From the NCBI GenBank assembly GCA_011051715.1, contig DRKP01000006.1:12729-76728 (forward strand): DNA of 64,000 bases, written 5' to 3'. A program made the position numbers and the translations under genes. This DNA is from Sedimenticola thiotaurini (GTDB taxonomy: Bacteria; Pseudomonadota; Gammaproteobacteria; Chromatiales; Chromatiaceae). Below, one piece after another: positions 19,372 to 28,660 of the stretch. Each line of letters opens with the position of its first letter. Within the stretch, counting starts at the first letter, position 1. The notes under the pieces were generated by a model, which did no database searches, was not told the DNA's origin, and saw nothing but the letters and a program-made list of their open reading frames with translations.

Positions 19372-21285
19372 ATGATGAACCGTTTTCTGGTGGCCGTGCT
19401 GTGCCTGGTTGCGGCGACGGTGGTGCGGGCCGCGCCCGAGGTACGCCAACTGATGCAGCTGGTGGACTATGTCGGGGTCGACTATCCCGGCGCCGTCGTC
19501 GACGGTGAGGTCACCAACCGGGCCGAATACGAGGAGATGGCCGATTTCACTGCCACCATCCAGACCCTGGCCCGGCAGCTCCCCGAGGGCGGTTTCGGTG
19601 ACCGGGTACGGCAGCGGGCCGACCGGCTGCGCAGCCTGGTGGAGGGGAAGGCCCCCGCCGGAGCCGTATCGGAGCTGGCGGGAGAGCTGCGCCGGGACCT
19701 GATTCAGGGCTACGACCTCAGCGTGGTGCCGCGGCGGGCGCCCGATGCCGCCATGGGGGCGCGCCTGTACCGGGACAACTGCGCCTCCTGCCATGGCGTC
19801 GGAGGCAGGGGTGACGGCCCGGCCGCTGCTGACCTGAACCCACCCCCCACCGATTTCACCGACTGGAACCGGGCCCGCGGACGGACCCTGTTCGGTCTCT
19901 ACAACACCCTGACCCATGGTGTCGACGGGACCGGCATGAAGGCCTTCGACCGGCTGCCCGGTGAACAGCGCTGGGCGCTGGCGTTCCATGTCGGCCGACT
20001 GGCGCTGCCGCCTGAACTGGTCACGGCCGGTGAACGCCTGCTGCTGACCGACGACACCGGCCTGGAGCAGCTGGATGCCAAGTCCCTGGCGACCCTGACC
20101 CCGAACGACATCAAGGCCCGCATGGGTGACGATGGGCTGGCCCTGATGGCCTACCTGCGCACCCGCCCGCAGCTGCTGTTCGGTTCCGGCAGGGGCCAGT
20201 CCCTCGCCCTGGCCAGGGAACGGCTGGGCGAGAGCCTGTCGAGTTACCGCGCGGGTGACCGGGCCGCAGCCCAGCGGCTGGCGGTATCCGCCTATCTCGA
20301 TGGCTTCGAGCCGGCCGAGGGCAACCTGGACGCGGTGGACGGCTCCCTGCGCCGCACCATCGAGGCGGAGATGACCCGCTACCGCGAATTGATCCGGCAG
20401 CAGGCCCCGGTCGGGGAGGTGGCCGGCCAGGCCGGGCGGCTGACCGGGCTGCTGCAGCGGGCGGACGGCCTGCTGACCAGCACCGAGCTCTCTCCCGCCG
20501 CCGCCTTCGTCAGCGCCCTGATCATCCTGCTGCGGGAGGGACTGGAGGCGATCCTGGTGATCGCCGCCCTGGCCGCGTTCCTGATCCGGACCGGTCGCCG
20601 CGACGGCCTGCGCTATCTCTATGCCGGGGTCGCCGCCGCCGTTGCGCTGGGCGCCCTGACCTGGTGGCTGTCGGGCTACGTCATCCAGATCGGGGGGGCG
20701 GGGCGCGAGATCACCGAGGGGCTCGCCGCCCTGTTCGCCGCCGTCATGCTGTTCTACGTCGGCTTCTGGCTGCAGAGCAAGACCAAGGCCCGGCAGTGGC
20801 GTGCCTTCATCGACGGCCGCGTCAACCGGGCACTGGGCCGGGGGACGCTGTGGGGGCTTGCCGGCCTCGCCTTCATTGCCGTCTATCGCGAGATCTTCGA
20901 GACGGTGCTGTTCTACCAGGCGCTGTGGATCCAGACCGGTCACGACGGCCGCGGGATGATCCTCTCCGGCCTGCTGGCCGCCGCCATCGCCCTGCTGCTG
21001 CTGGCCTGGCTGATCCTGCGCTACAGCACCCGCCTGCCGCTGCGCCAGTTCTTTGCCGTCAGCGGGGTGTTCATGTTCCTGCTCGCCATCGTCTTCGCCG
21101 GCAAGGGGATCGCGGCGCTGCAGGAGGCGGGCAGGCTGCCCATGGACATGATCGATATCCCGCAGATCGACCTGCTGGGTATCTATCCCAATCTCCAGGG
21201 CGTGCTGGTCCAGCTCCTGCTCGCGGTCATCGCCGTCGTGCTCCTGCTCAAGGACCGCTTCAAGGGCCGTTCCGCCGGCACCTGA
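19372..21285 (+). CDS. Cytochrome c / FTR1-family iron permease fusion protein
   Basis: Signal or anchor sequence, a monohaem CASCHGVGGRGDG...GTGMKAF domain, then a 7-TM FTR1 domain with two REXXE motifs (REGLEAILV, REIFETVLF). Confidence 0.9.
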   Translation: MMNRFLVAVLCLVAATVVRAAPEVRQLMQLVDYVGVDYPGAVVDGEVTNRAEYEEMADFTATIQTLARQLPEGGFGDRVRQRADRLRSLVEGKAPAGAVSELAGELRRDLIQGYDLSVVPRRAPDAAMGARLYRDNCASCHGVGGRGDGPAAADLNPPPTDFTDWNRARGRTLFGLYNTLTHGVDGTGMKAFDRLPGEQRWALAFHVGRLALPPELVTAGERLLLTDDTGLEQLDAKSLATLTPNDIKARMGDDGLALMAYLRTRPQLLFGSGRGQSLALARERLGESLSSYRAGDRAAAQRLAVSAYLDGFEPAEGNLDAVDGSLRRTIEAEMTRYRELIRQQAPVGEVAGQAGRLTGLLQRADGLLTSTELSPAAAFVSALIILLREGLEAILVIAALAAFLIRTGRRDGLRYLYAGVAAAVALGALTWWLSGYVIQIGGAGREITEGLAALFAAVMLFYVGFWLQSKTKARQWRAFIDGRVNRALGRGTLWGLAGLAFIAVYREIFETVLFYQALWIQTGHDGRGMILSGLLAAAIALLLLAWLILRYSTRLPLRQFFAVSGVFMFLLAIVFAGKGIAALQEAGRLPMDMIDIPQIDLLGIYPNLQGVLVQLLLAVIAVVLLLKDRFKGRSAGT

Positions 21286-21478
21286 AGTCCCCGCCCGTCG
21301 CGCAAACCACCGGACCAGGGAGGGTCCGGGCCAGCGCCGCACCGGTTGCGGCGCCCCCGGGTTGACAGTGCGGCCCCGAAATCCGGATCATCCACCGGGG
21401 CGAGCGGTCTGAAAGCAAACCAGCAGCCGATCGGTCCTGTACCCCAGACGATCGAAGTGCCAACCCGGGGAGAACGAA

Positions 21479-23632
21479 ATGGATGGTCGCAGGATCACGC
21501 TGCTGCTGCTGGTGCTGGCGGCGGTCACCGCCTTTTTCTGGTTCGATGTCGGCAGCTGGCTGACGCTCGAGAACCTGAAGGCGCGCCAGGGCGAGCTGCA
21601 GGCGTGGCAGGCGGCCAACCCCTGGCTCAGTGCCGGGATCGCGTTCCTGGTCTATGTGCTGGTGACGGCCCTGTCGCTGCCCGGAGCGACGGTGATGACT
21701 CTCGCCATCGGCGCCGTGTTCGGCCTGTGGAAGGGGCTGGTACTGGTCTCCTTCGCCTCCACCATCGGTGCCACCCTGGCCTTCCTGCTGGCCCGTTTCC
21801 TGCTGCGCGACTGGGTCCAGGGCCGTTTCGGTGACAAGCTGAAGGCGATCAACGAGGGGATCGAGAAGGACGGCGCCTTCTATCTGTTCGGTCTGCGGCT
21901 GGTGCCCCTGTTCCCGTTCTTCGTCATCAATCTGGTGATGGGGCTGACGCCGATGCGCACCTGGACCTACGCCTGGGTGAGCCAGCTCGGCATGCTGGCC
22001 GGCACCTTCGTCTACGTCAATGCGGGGACCCAGCTGGGCCGGCTGGAGTCCCTCTCCGGCATCCTTTCTCCGCAGCTGATCCTCTCCTTCGCCCTGCTCG
22101 GGGTGTTTCCCCTGGTCGCCCGCCGGCTGCTCGCCTGGCTGCGCGGGCGCAAGGCCCTGTCGGGCTATCCGCGGCCACGCCGTTTCGACCGCAACCTGGT
22201 GGTGATCGGCGCCGGCTCCGGCGGCCTGGTCGCCGCCCTGATCGCCGCGGCGGTGAAGGCCCGGGTAACCCTGATCGAAAAACACCGGATGGGGGGCGAC
22301 TGCCTCAACACCGGCTGCGTGCCCTCCAAGGCGCTGATCCGCTCCGCCCGCTTCCTGGCCCGGGTCCGGCGCCACCGCGACTACGGCATCCGCTCCGCCG
22401 GGGCCGACTTCGATTTCGCCGAGGTGATGGAGCGGGTGCAGGGCGTGGTGAAGCAGGTCGAGCCCCACGACTCGGTGGAACGATTCGAGGGCCTGGGGGT
22501 GGACGTGATCCAGGGCACGGCGCGTATCGTCTCCCCATGGGAGGTGGAGGTGAACGGTGAGCGTCTTACCACCCGCAACATGGTGATCGCCACCGGGGCC
22601 CGCCCGTTGGTCCCGCCCATCCCCGGGCTGGAGGGGATCGACTACCTCACCTCGGACGATCTGTGGCAGCTGCGTGAGCTGCCACGCCGTCTGCTGGTGC
22701 TGGGTGGCGGTCCCATCGGCTGCGAGCTGGCCCAGGCCTTCGCCCGCTTCGGGGCCGAGGTGACCATCGTCGAGATGGCGCCGCGGCTGCTGGTACGGGA
22801 GGACGAGGATGTCTCCGCCCTGGTGACCGAGCGATTCCTGGAGGAGGGGATACGGCTGCTGGTGGGACATACCGCGGCGGCGTTCCGCACCACCGACCAC
22901 GGCCACGAACTGGTGGCGAGATCCGCCGGGGAGGAAGTGACGGTGGCGTTCGACCGGGTGCTGGTGGCGGTGGGACGGGTCGCCAATACCGAGGGCTTCG
23001 GGCTGGAGGAGCTGGGGGTGCGGCTCACCGGGCGGCGCACCATCGAGACCGACGAGTTCCTTCAGACCAGCATCCCCACCATCTACGCCTGTGGTGACGT
23101 GGTCGGCCCCTACCAGTTCACCCACACCGCCTCCCATCAGGCCTGGTATGCCACGGTCAACGCCCTGTTCGGCGGCTTCAGGCGTTTCAAGGTGGACTAC
23201 TCGGTGATCCCCTTCGCCACCTTCGTCGATCCGGAGGTGGCCCGGGTGGGGTTGAACGAGCAGGAGGCGGTGCAGCAGGGGATCCCCTACGAGGTCACCC
23301 TCTACGGCCTGGACGACCTGGACCGGGCCATCGCCGACGGTGAGGCCTACGGCTTCGTCAAGGTGCTGACGGTCCCCGGCAAGGACCGCATCCTCGGCGC
23401 CACCATCGTCGGTGAGCACGCCGGCGACCTGATCGCCGAGTTCGTCACCGCCATGCGCCATGGGCTGGGACTGAACCGGATCCTCGGCACCATCCACATC
23501 TATCCCACCTGGACCGAGGCCAACAAGTTCGCCGCCGGCAACTGGAAGAGGGCCCACGCGCCACGGACCCTGCTGAAATGGGTGGAGGGCTATCACCGCT
23601 GGCGCCGGGGAGGGGGAGAAGGGTCCGGTTGA
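21479..23632 (+). CDS. Bifunctional TVP38/TMEM64 (DedA/SNARE-associated) membrane domain + FAD-dependent pyridine nucleotide-disulfide oxidoreductase
   Basis: N-terminal ~230 aa form a multi-TM DedA-like domain (LPGATVMTLAIGAVFG). Then VVIGAGSGGLVAA, redox disulfide GGDCLNTGCVPSK, LLVLGGGPIGCELAQ, ACGDV and a dimerisation domain. Confidence 0.9.
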   Translation: MDGRRITLLLLVLAAVTAFFWFDVGSWLTLENLKARQGELQAWQAANPWLSAGIAFLVYVLVTALSLPGATVMTLAIGAVFGLWKGLVLVSFASTIGATLAFLLARFLLRDWVQGRFGDKLKAINEGIEKDGAFYLFGLRLVPLFPFFVINLVMGLTPMRTWTYAWVSQLGMLAGTFVYVNAGTQLGRLESLSGILSPQLILSFALLGVFPLVARRLLAWLRGRKALSGYPRPRRFDRNLVVIGAGSGGLVAALIAAAVKARVTLIEKHRMGGDCLNTGCVPSKALIRSARFLARVRRHRDYGIRSAGADFDFAEVMERVQGVVKQVEPHDSVERFEGLGVDVIQGTARIVSPWEVEVNGERLTTRNMVIATGARPLVPPIPGLEGIDYLTSDDLWQLRELPRRLLVLGGGPIGCELAQAFARFGAEVTIVEMAPRLLVREDEDVSALVTERFLEEGIRLLVGHTAAAFRTTDHGHELVARSAGEEVTVAFDRVLVAVGRVANTEGFGLEELGVRLTGRRTIETDEFLQTSIPTIYACGDVVGPYQFTHTASHQAWYATVNALFGGFRRFKVDYSVIPFATFVDPEVARVGLNEQEAVQQGIPYEVTLYGLDDLDRAIADGEAYGFVKVLTVPGKDRILGATIVGEHAGDLIAEFVTAMRHGLGLNRILGTIHIYPTWTEANKFAAGNWKRAHAPRTLLKWVEGYHRWRRGGGEGSG

Positions 23633-23650
23633 GGGGGAGGGACATTTTCC

Positions 23651-23799
23651 CGCCAGGGCGCAGAGATCGCGGAGAACGCGAAGAAAGGATGCTTCGGGCC
23701 CGCTCTTCCGCGGGCTGCCGGGGAATGTCGTCGGGTCGGCGGATTGCCCGACAGCCAACCGCACTTCCTTGCCTTCCTGGCGTCCTTCGCGCCCTGGTG
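23651..23799. repeat. Single degenerate inverted-repeat element related to the 131-bp tandem units at 48358-48750
   Basis: Left arm CGCCAGGGCGCAGAGATCGCGGAGAACGCGAAG. The right arm GGCGTCCTTCGCGCCCTGGTG is an imperfect reverse complement. Both share the CGCCAGGGC / GCGTCCTT.GCG cores with the tandem units. Confidence 0.4.
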
Positions 23800-23862
23800 T
23801 GAACCATCATCCCCTCGCCAAGGGTATGATGTGTTCATTCCCGGCCCCGGACAGGTGCATCC

Positions 23863-24732
23863 ATGAAACACAAGACCGTCTCCCTGGTGCTCGGCAGCGG
23901 CGGTGCCCGCGGCCTGGCCCATATCGGCGTGATCCAGTGGCTGGAGCAGAACGGCTATCGCATCCGCTCCATCGCCGGTTCCTCCATGGGCGCCCTGGTG
24001 GGCGGCATCTACGCCGCCGGCGAGCTGGAGACCTATACCCGCTGGGTGCTGGCGCTGGAGCAGATCGACGTGCTGCGGCTGCTCGACTTCTCGTTCCGGC
24101 GCAGTGGCCTGCTCAAGGGGGAGAAGGTGATCGAGACCCTGCGTGACCTGATCGGGGACCGCGCCATCGAGTCGCTGCCGGTCTCCTTCACCGCCGTCGC
24201 CACCGCGGTGCAGGAGGAGAAGGAGGTGTGGCTCAACCACGGCTCCCTGTTCGACGCCATCCGCGCCTCCATCGCCATTCCGACGGTCTTCACCCCGGTG
24301 GAGCTGCACGGCAGGATCCTGGTCGACGGCGGGCTGGTGAACCCGGTCCCGATCGCCCCCACCCTGAAGGACAAGACCGATCTCACCATCGCCGTCAATC
24401 TGGGCGCCAAGGCGGAACCGCACCTCGATGTCCCCCATCGGGAGGTCCAGCCTCCTGGCAACAGCTATCGGCGCCACATCGCCCGCTTCATCGACAGCCT
24501 GCAGCAGCGGCTGGGTCGCGGGGGGGACAGCGAGGAGATGGACGTGTTTCAGGTGGTGACCAGCTCGTTCGAGACCATGCAGAACACCATTGCCCGGTTC
24601 AAGCTGGCCGCCTATTCACCCGACGTGGTGATCGATATCCCGCACAACGTCTGTACCTTCTACGAGTTCTACCGGGCGGCGGAGCTGATCGAGCTGGGCC
24701 GGGAGCGGGCGGAGCAGGCGATGGCGGAGTGA
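23863..24732 (+). CDS. Patatin-like phospholipase (RssA-like)
   Basis: GSGGARGLAHIGV oxyanion motif, GSSMGALVG nucleophile elbow and DGGLVNPVP catalytic Asp motif. Confidence 0.9.
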   Translation: MKHKTVSLVLGSGGARGLAHIGVIQWLEQNGYRIRSIAGSSMGALVGGIYAAGELETYTRWVLALEQIDVLRLLDFSFRRSGLLKGEKVIETLRDLIGDRAIESLPVSFTAVATAVQEEKEVWLNHGSLFDAIRASIAIPTVFTPVELHGRILVDGGLVNPVPIAPTLKDKTDLTIAVNLGAKAEPHLDVPHREVQPPGNSYRRHIARFIDSLQQRLGRGGDSEEMDVFQVVTSSFETMQNTIARFKLAAYSPDVVIDIPHNVCTFYEFYRAAELIELGRERAEQAMAE

Positions 24733-24843
24733 CGCCGGTTCCGGCGGAGGCGGCCGTTTCACCACCAGGGCCCCTGGACATCGCCGGGGCTGCTGCACCG
24801 ATCCGGCACGCCCGTTGCCACTGTCCCGCTGCCGCAGCGGCGC

Positions 24844-26106
24844 TCATTCGATGAGCGGGAACGGGATCACGGTCACCAGCTCGCCGGCGGCGATGTCGCC
24901 GCAGTGGTCCGGCAGCAGGATGAAGCAGTCGCCCCGGGCCATGGAACTGAGTACCCCGGAACCCTGGCGGCCAGTGGTCTCCACCCCCCATTCGCCGGCA
25001 TCGTCCCGGCGCAGGATTCCGCGCTGGATCTCGGTGCGTCCCGGGACCTTGCGCAGCGCGGAGCGGCAGGGCACCCGGAAACCGGGCACCGGCACCACCG
25101 GGCGGCCGGCCAGGCGGTGCAGCGCCGGCACCACGAAGTTGAGGAAGGTCACCATCACCGCCACCGGGTTGCCGGGCAGGCCGAAGAACGGGGTGTCGCC
25201 GATGTGGCCGAAGGTGAGGGGGCGGCCGGGCTTGATCGCCACCTTGCTGAAATGGATGCGTCCCAGCCGCCGCAGCGAGGCGACGATGTAGTCCGCCTCG
25301 CCGACGGAGACGCCGCCGGAGGTGAGGATCAGGTCGGCCTCCCGCGCGGCCAGCTCCAGGGCCCCGCCGATGGCCGCCTCCTGGTCCGGGATCACCCCCA
25401 GGTCCACCGGTTCCGCCCCCAGTCCGGTCAGCATCCCGAACAGGGTGTAGCGGTTGCTGTCGTAGATCTGGCCCTCCGCCAGTGGTTCCCCGATGCTGCG
25501 GATCTCGTCACCACTGGAGAAGAAGGCGACCCGGATGCGGCGGCGCAGCCTCACCTCCGGGATACCGAGAGAGGCCAGCAGGCCGAGCCGGGCGGCATCG
25601 ATGCGGCTGCCGGCGGCCAGCACCACGCTGCCGCGGCGGATGTCCTCCCCCGCCTGGCGCACGTTCTGGCCCGCCCGGTGGCGGCCGTCGATACGCACCC
25701 GGTCGCCGTCGGCCTCGGCCTGCTCCTGCATCACCACGGTGTCGGCCCCGTCGGGCATCTTGGCGCCGGTCATGATGCGGACGCACTGGCCGCGCTCCAC
25801 CCGGCCCTGGAACGGGTGACCGGCGAAGGCGGTACCGATCAGGCGCAGTTCGGCGATCCCCTCCGCCGGCAGATCGGTGGAGGAGAGGGCGTAGCCGTCC
25901 ATCGCCGAGTTGCGGTGCCCGGGCACGTCCAGCGGTGACACCAGGTCCTCCGCCAGCACCCCGCCGAGGGCCTGGCGCAGGGGCAGCGACTGCCAGCCCC
26001 CGACCGGCTCGACGAGGCGCTCGATCCGTTCCAGGGCCTGCTGCATGGAGAGGGAGCTGTCCTGTTCGTCCTGGCAACTCTCCCGGGTCTCGATGGTTCT
26101 GGTCAT
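24844..26106 (-). CDS. moeA: Molybdopterin molybdo/tungsto-transferase MoeA
   Basis: MoeA N, MoCF-binding (LILTSGGVSVGEADY) and C-terminal domains. 420 aa. Last gene of the tup operon. Confidence 0.92.
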   Translation of the reverse strand: MTRTIETRESCQDEQDSSLSMQQALERIERLVEPVGGWQSLPLRQALGGVLAEDLVSPLDVPGHRNSAMDGYALSSTDLPAEGIAELRLIGTAFAGHPFQGRVERGQCVRIMTGAKMPDGADTVVMQEQAEADGDRVRIDGRHRAGQNVRQAGEDIRRGSVVLAAGSRIDAARLGLLASLGIPEVRLRRRIRVAFFSSGDEIRSIGEPLAEGQIYDSNRYTLFGMLTGLGAEPVDLGVIPDQEAAIGGALELAAREADLILTSGGVSVGEADYIVASLRRLGRIHFSKVAIKPGRPLTFGHIGDTPFFGLPGNPVAVMVTFLNFVVPALHRLAGRPVVPVPGFRVPCRSALRKVPGRTEIQRGILRRDDAGEWGVETTGRQGSGVLSSMARGDCFILLPDHCGDIAAGELVTVIPFPLIE

Positions 26107-26159
26107 GACTGGCTTCTCTCCTGGTCGGTCTTGTTAGCGCCGCATATCGGGTTGGCGGG

Positions 26160-26858
26160 TCAATGGCTGGCGGACGCCGCTTCGGTGCGCAGCCGGCGCT
26201 CGCTCAGCTCTCCCTGGTACAGATGCAGATGGCGGCGGATGCGCAGTTCCCCGTGCTGGGGGTCGTGGCTGGTGACCACCACCGCGATACCGTGTTCGGC
26301 CAGCCGGTTGATCAGGTCGATGCTGCGCCGCCGGGCCGGCTTGTCCATGTTGGCCACCGGTTCGTCCAGCAGCATCAACCGGGGCCGCAGCACCCAGGCC
26401 CTGGCGATGGCGACACGCTGCTGCTCTCCGCCGGAGAGGGCACGGGCGGGCCGGTCGCGCAGCGGCTCCAGGGAGACGTGGCGCAGGGCCCGTGCCACCC
26501 GCTCGGCGATCTCGCGGCGGGGGACGCGGCGCCGGCGCAGGCCGTAGGCGATGTTGTCGAACACGGTGGCATCGAACAGGTAGGGCTGCTGGTGCAGATA
26601 GCAGTGCCGCTGCAGCAGGCTCCGGCGCACCTCCTGCCAGCTGCTGCCGGGCGTGCCGTCGATGTGCCATCGGCCCCGGTCCGGCGGCAGCAGCCCGGCC
26701 AGGATGCGCAGCAGGGTGCTCTTGCCGGAGCCGTTGTGGCCGGTCAGCAGGGTGATCCTGCCGGCATCGAGGGCCAGGTCCAGCTCCCGCAGCACCGGCC
26801 GGCCGCTGCGGCTGAACCCCAGTCCGGTGACGGCCAGCACGGGACCGGCGTCGTTCAT
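26160..26858 (-). CDS. tupC: ABC transporter ATP-binding protein, tungstate-type (TupC-like)
   Basis: Walker A GHNGSGKST, signature LSGGEQQRV and Walker B LMLLDEP. The ATG at 26858 overlaps the permease stop (ATGA). The 444-aa ORF-track extension is an artefact. Confidence 0.85.
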   Translation of the reverse strand: MNDAGPVLAVTGLGFSRSGRPVLRELDLALDAGRITLLTGHNGSGKSTLLRILAGLLPPDRGRWHIDGTPGSSWQEVRRSLLQRHCYLHQQPYLFDATVFDNIAYGLRRRRVPRREIAERVARALRHVSLEPLRDRPARALSGGEQQRVAIARAWVLRPRLMLLDEPVANMDKPARRRSIDLINRLAEHGIAVVVTSHDPQHGELRIRRHLHLYQGELSERRLRTEAASASH

Positions 26859-27559
26859 CAGGCGGTCACCTCGCCGCGTCCCTGCAGGGTGAGCAGGGCC
26901 AGGTTCAGGATCAGCGCCAGCAGCAGCAGGACCAGACCCAGGGCGATCCCCTGGGCGAAGCTGCCCTTGCTGGTCTCCAGGGCGATGGCGGTGGGGATGT
27001 TGCGGGTGTGGTTGAGGATGTTGCCGCCGACCATCATCGAGCTGCCCACCTCGGCGATGATGCGGCCGAAACCGGCCAGCAGGGCGGCCATCAGGCCGAA
27101 GCGGATCTCGTGGATCAGGGTGAGCAGGGCCTGCCAGGGCGAGGCACCCAGGGTCAGGGCGGTCTCCCAGGCGCGCCGGTCGGTGGCCTGGAAGGCGGCG
27201 TGACCCATGGCCACCAGGATCGGGAAACTGAGCAGGATCTGGCCGATGATCATGGCGTCCTGGGTGAACAGCAGGCGCCAGTCGCCCAGCGGTCCGGCGC
27301 GGGACAACAGCATGTAGAGAGTGAGCCCCACCACCACCGCCGGTATCGACAGCGCGGTATTGAACAGGGCGACCAGCAGCCGGCGTCCGGGGAAACGGGC
27401 ATAGGCGAGCGCGAACGCGGTCAGCAGGGCCACCGGCGCGGCGATCAGGATGGCGCGCAGGGAGACGCTGAAGGAGATGCCGATGATGGTCCACAGCGCC
27501 GGATCGCCGGTGAGCAGCAGCCGCAGGGCCTGGATGCCCGCTTCCCCCAGGGACTCCAT
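26858..27559 (-). CDS. tupB: ABC transporter permease, tungstate-type (TupB-like)
   Basis: Multi-TM BPD_transp_1-like protein (EAA-type loop region RRAWETALTLGAS), sited between the binding-protein and ATPase genes. Confidence 0.85.
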   Translation of the reverse strand: MESLGEAGIQALRLLLTGDPALWTIIGISFSVSLRAILIAAPVALLTAFALAYARFPGRRLLVALFNTALSIPAVVVGLTLYMLLSRAGPLGDWRLLFTQDAMIIGQILLSFPILVAMGHAAFQATDRRAWETALTLGASPWQALLTLIHEIRFGLMAALLAGFGRIIAEVGSSMMVGGNILNHTRNIPTAIALETSKGSFAQGIALGLVLLLLALILNLALLTLQGRGEVTA

Positions 27560-27560
27560 C

Positions 27561-28385
27561 TCAATCGGCGCAGGTGGGACGGAACAGGGGCTCCCCCTTC
27601 ACCCGGTAGTCACGGATGATCGACTGGGCCCGGCTGCCGCAGATCCAGTCGATCAGCCGCCTGGCCTCGCGATAGCGGGCATCCGGATGCCGCGCCGGAT
27701 TGACCGCGATGATGCCGTAGGGATTGGCCAGCAGGCTGCCGCCGGCATAGAGGGGGGCGAGATCGAGTTCCGCCTGGTGGGCCAGCCAGGTGCCGCGGTC
27801 GGTCAGGGTGTAGGCGCCCAGCTCGCTGGCCATCTGCAGCACCCTGCCCATGCCCTGGCCGGCCTCCAGGTACCAGTCACCGCCGGGTTCGGTACCGGCC
27901 CGGGTCCACAACAGCCTCTCCTTCTTGTGGGTACCGGAATCGTCGCCGCGGGAGACGAAACGGGAGTGGCTGCGGGCGATCCGCTTCATGGCATCGACCG
28001 CGCTGCGGGCCCCGGCGACGCCGGCGGGGTCGGATGCCGGGCCGACCAGCAGGAAATCGTTCTCCATGAAACCGCGCCGGTCGATGCCGTAACCGCCGTC
28101 GACGAATGCCCGCTCGGCCCGGGGCGCATGGACCATGACCAGGTCCACGTCGCCGTCACGTGCCATCTTCAGGGCCTTGCCGGTGCCCACCGCGATGACC
28201 TGGACCTCGATGCCGGTGGCGTTGGTGAAGGGGGGCAGCAGACGCTCCAGCAGGCCCGAGTTCTGGGTGCTGGTGGTGGTGGCCATGCGCACTACCTGGC
28301 CAGCCGGGGAGGGTGCCGTCCAGAGCAGGGGGAGCAGGGTCGCGAGCAGGAGTGCGGCCCGGCGGATGATGCCTCCTTCGTTCAT
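27561..28385 (-). CDS. tupA: Periplasmic tungstate-binding protein (TupA-like)
   Basis: Signal peptide, then VRMATTTSTQNSGLLE carrying the TTTS motif characteristic of TupA, followed by VGTGKAL..DGDVDLV. Confidence 0.85.
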   Translation of the reverse strand: MNEGGIIRRAALLLATLLPLLWTAPSPAGQVVRMATTTSTQNSGLLERLLPPFTNATGIEVQVIAVGTGKALKMARDGDVDLVMVHAPRAERAFVDGGYGIDRRGFMENDFLLVGPASDPAGVAGARSAVDAMKRIARSHSRFVSRGDDSGTHKKERLLWTRAGTEPGGDWYLEAGQGMGRVLQMASELGAYTLTDRGTWLAHQAELDLAPLYAGGSLLANPYGIIAVNPARHPDARYREARRLIDWICGSRAQSIIRDYRVKGEPLFRPTCAD

Positions 28386-28479
28386 GGCTGTTTTCTCCCC
28401 CCGGCGCCCGGGCCGGGACTATACTTGTCTGCTGTGGAGGGGGCAGGGGCGGCTGCCCGCTGCGCCCGGGACCGGCCAC

Positions 28480-28508
28480 TTGATTTACCCGATCCCATCA
28501 CGTACAAC
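28480..28508 (+). promoter_or_regulatory. Possible sigma-70 promoter of the aor operon
   Basis: TTGATT (28480-28485), 17-nt spacer, TACAAC (28503-28508). It would give a ~145-nt leader. Confidence 0.25.
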
Positions 28509-28660
28509 ACGGCGATGCCCCCACTGCGTACAGGGGCAAAGATATTCTGGAAAAGGATAGCGGATTAGAACGGAAATCCGTCATAAAAAACAACCCTTCG
28601 TGGAGTTCGCGGCATGGCCGACTCACCGCTTCACGATCACCTGTTAAGGAGATTCTTATC

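Noticed and set aside
26160-27494. 444-aa ORF that spans the ABC ATPase and most of the permease region.
   Set aside because: Only the last 232 codons (from the ATG at 26858) look like an ABC ATPase. The upstream part is out of frame with the genuine permease (26858-27559) and is low complexity.
28386-28660. Definite Moco/Tuco riboswitch call.
   Set aside because: The context is right, but I could not identify the conserved core sequence or the pairing scheme by eye on either strand. It stays a low-interest item to test with a covariance model.
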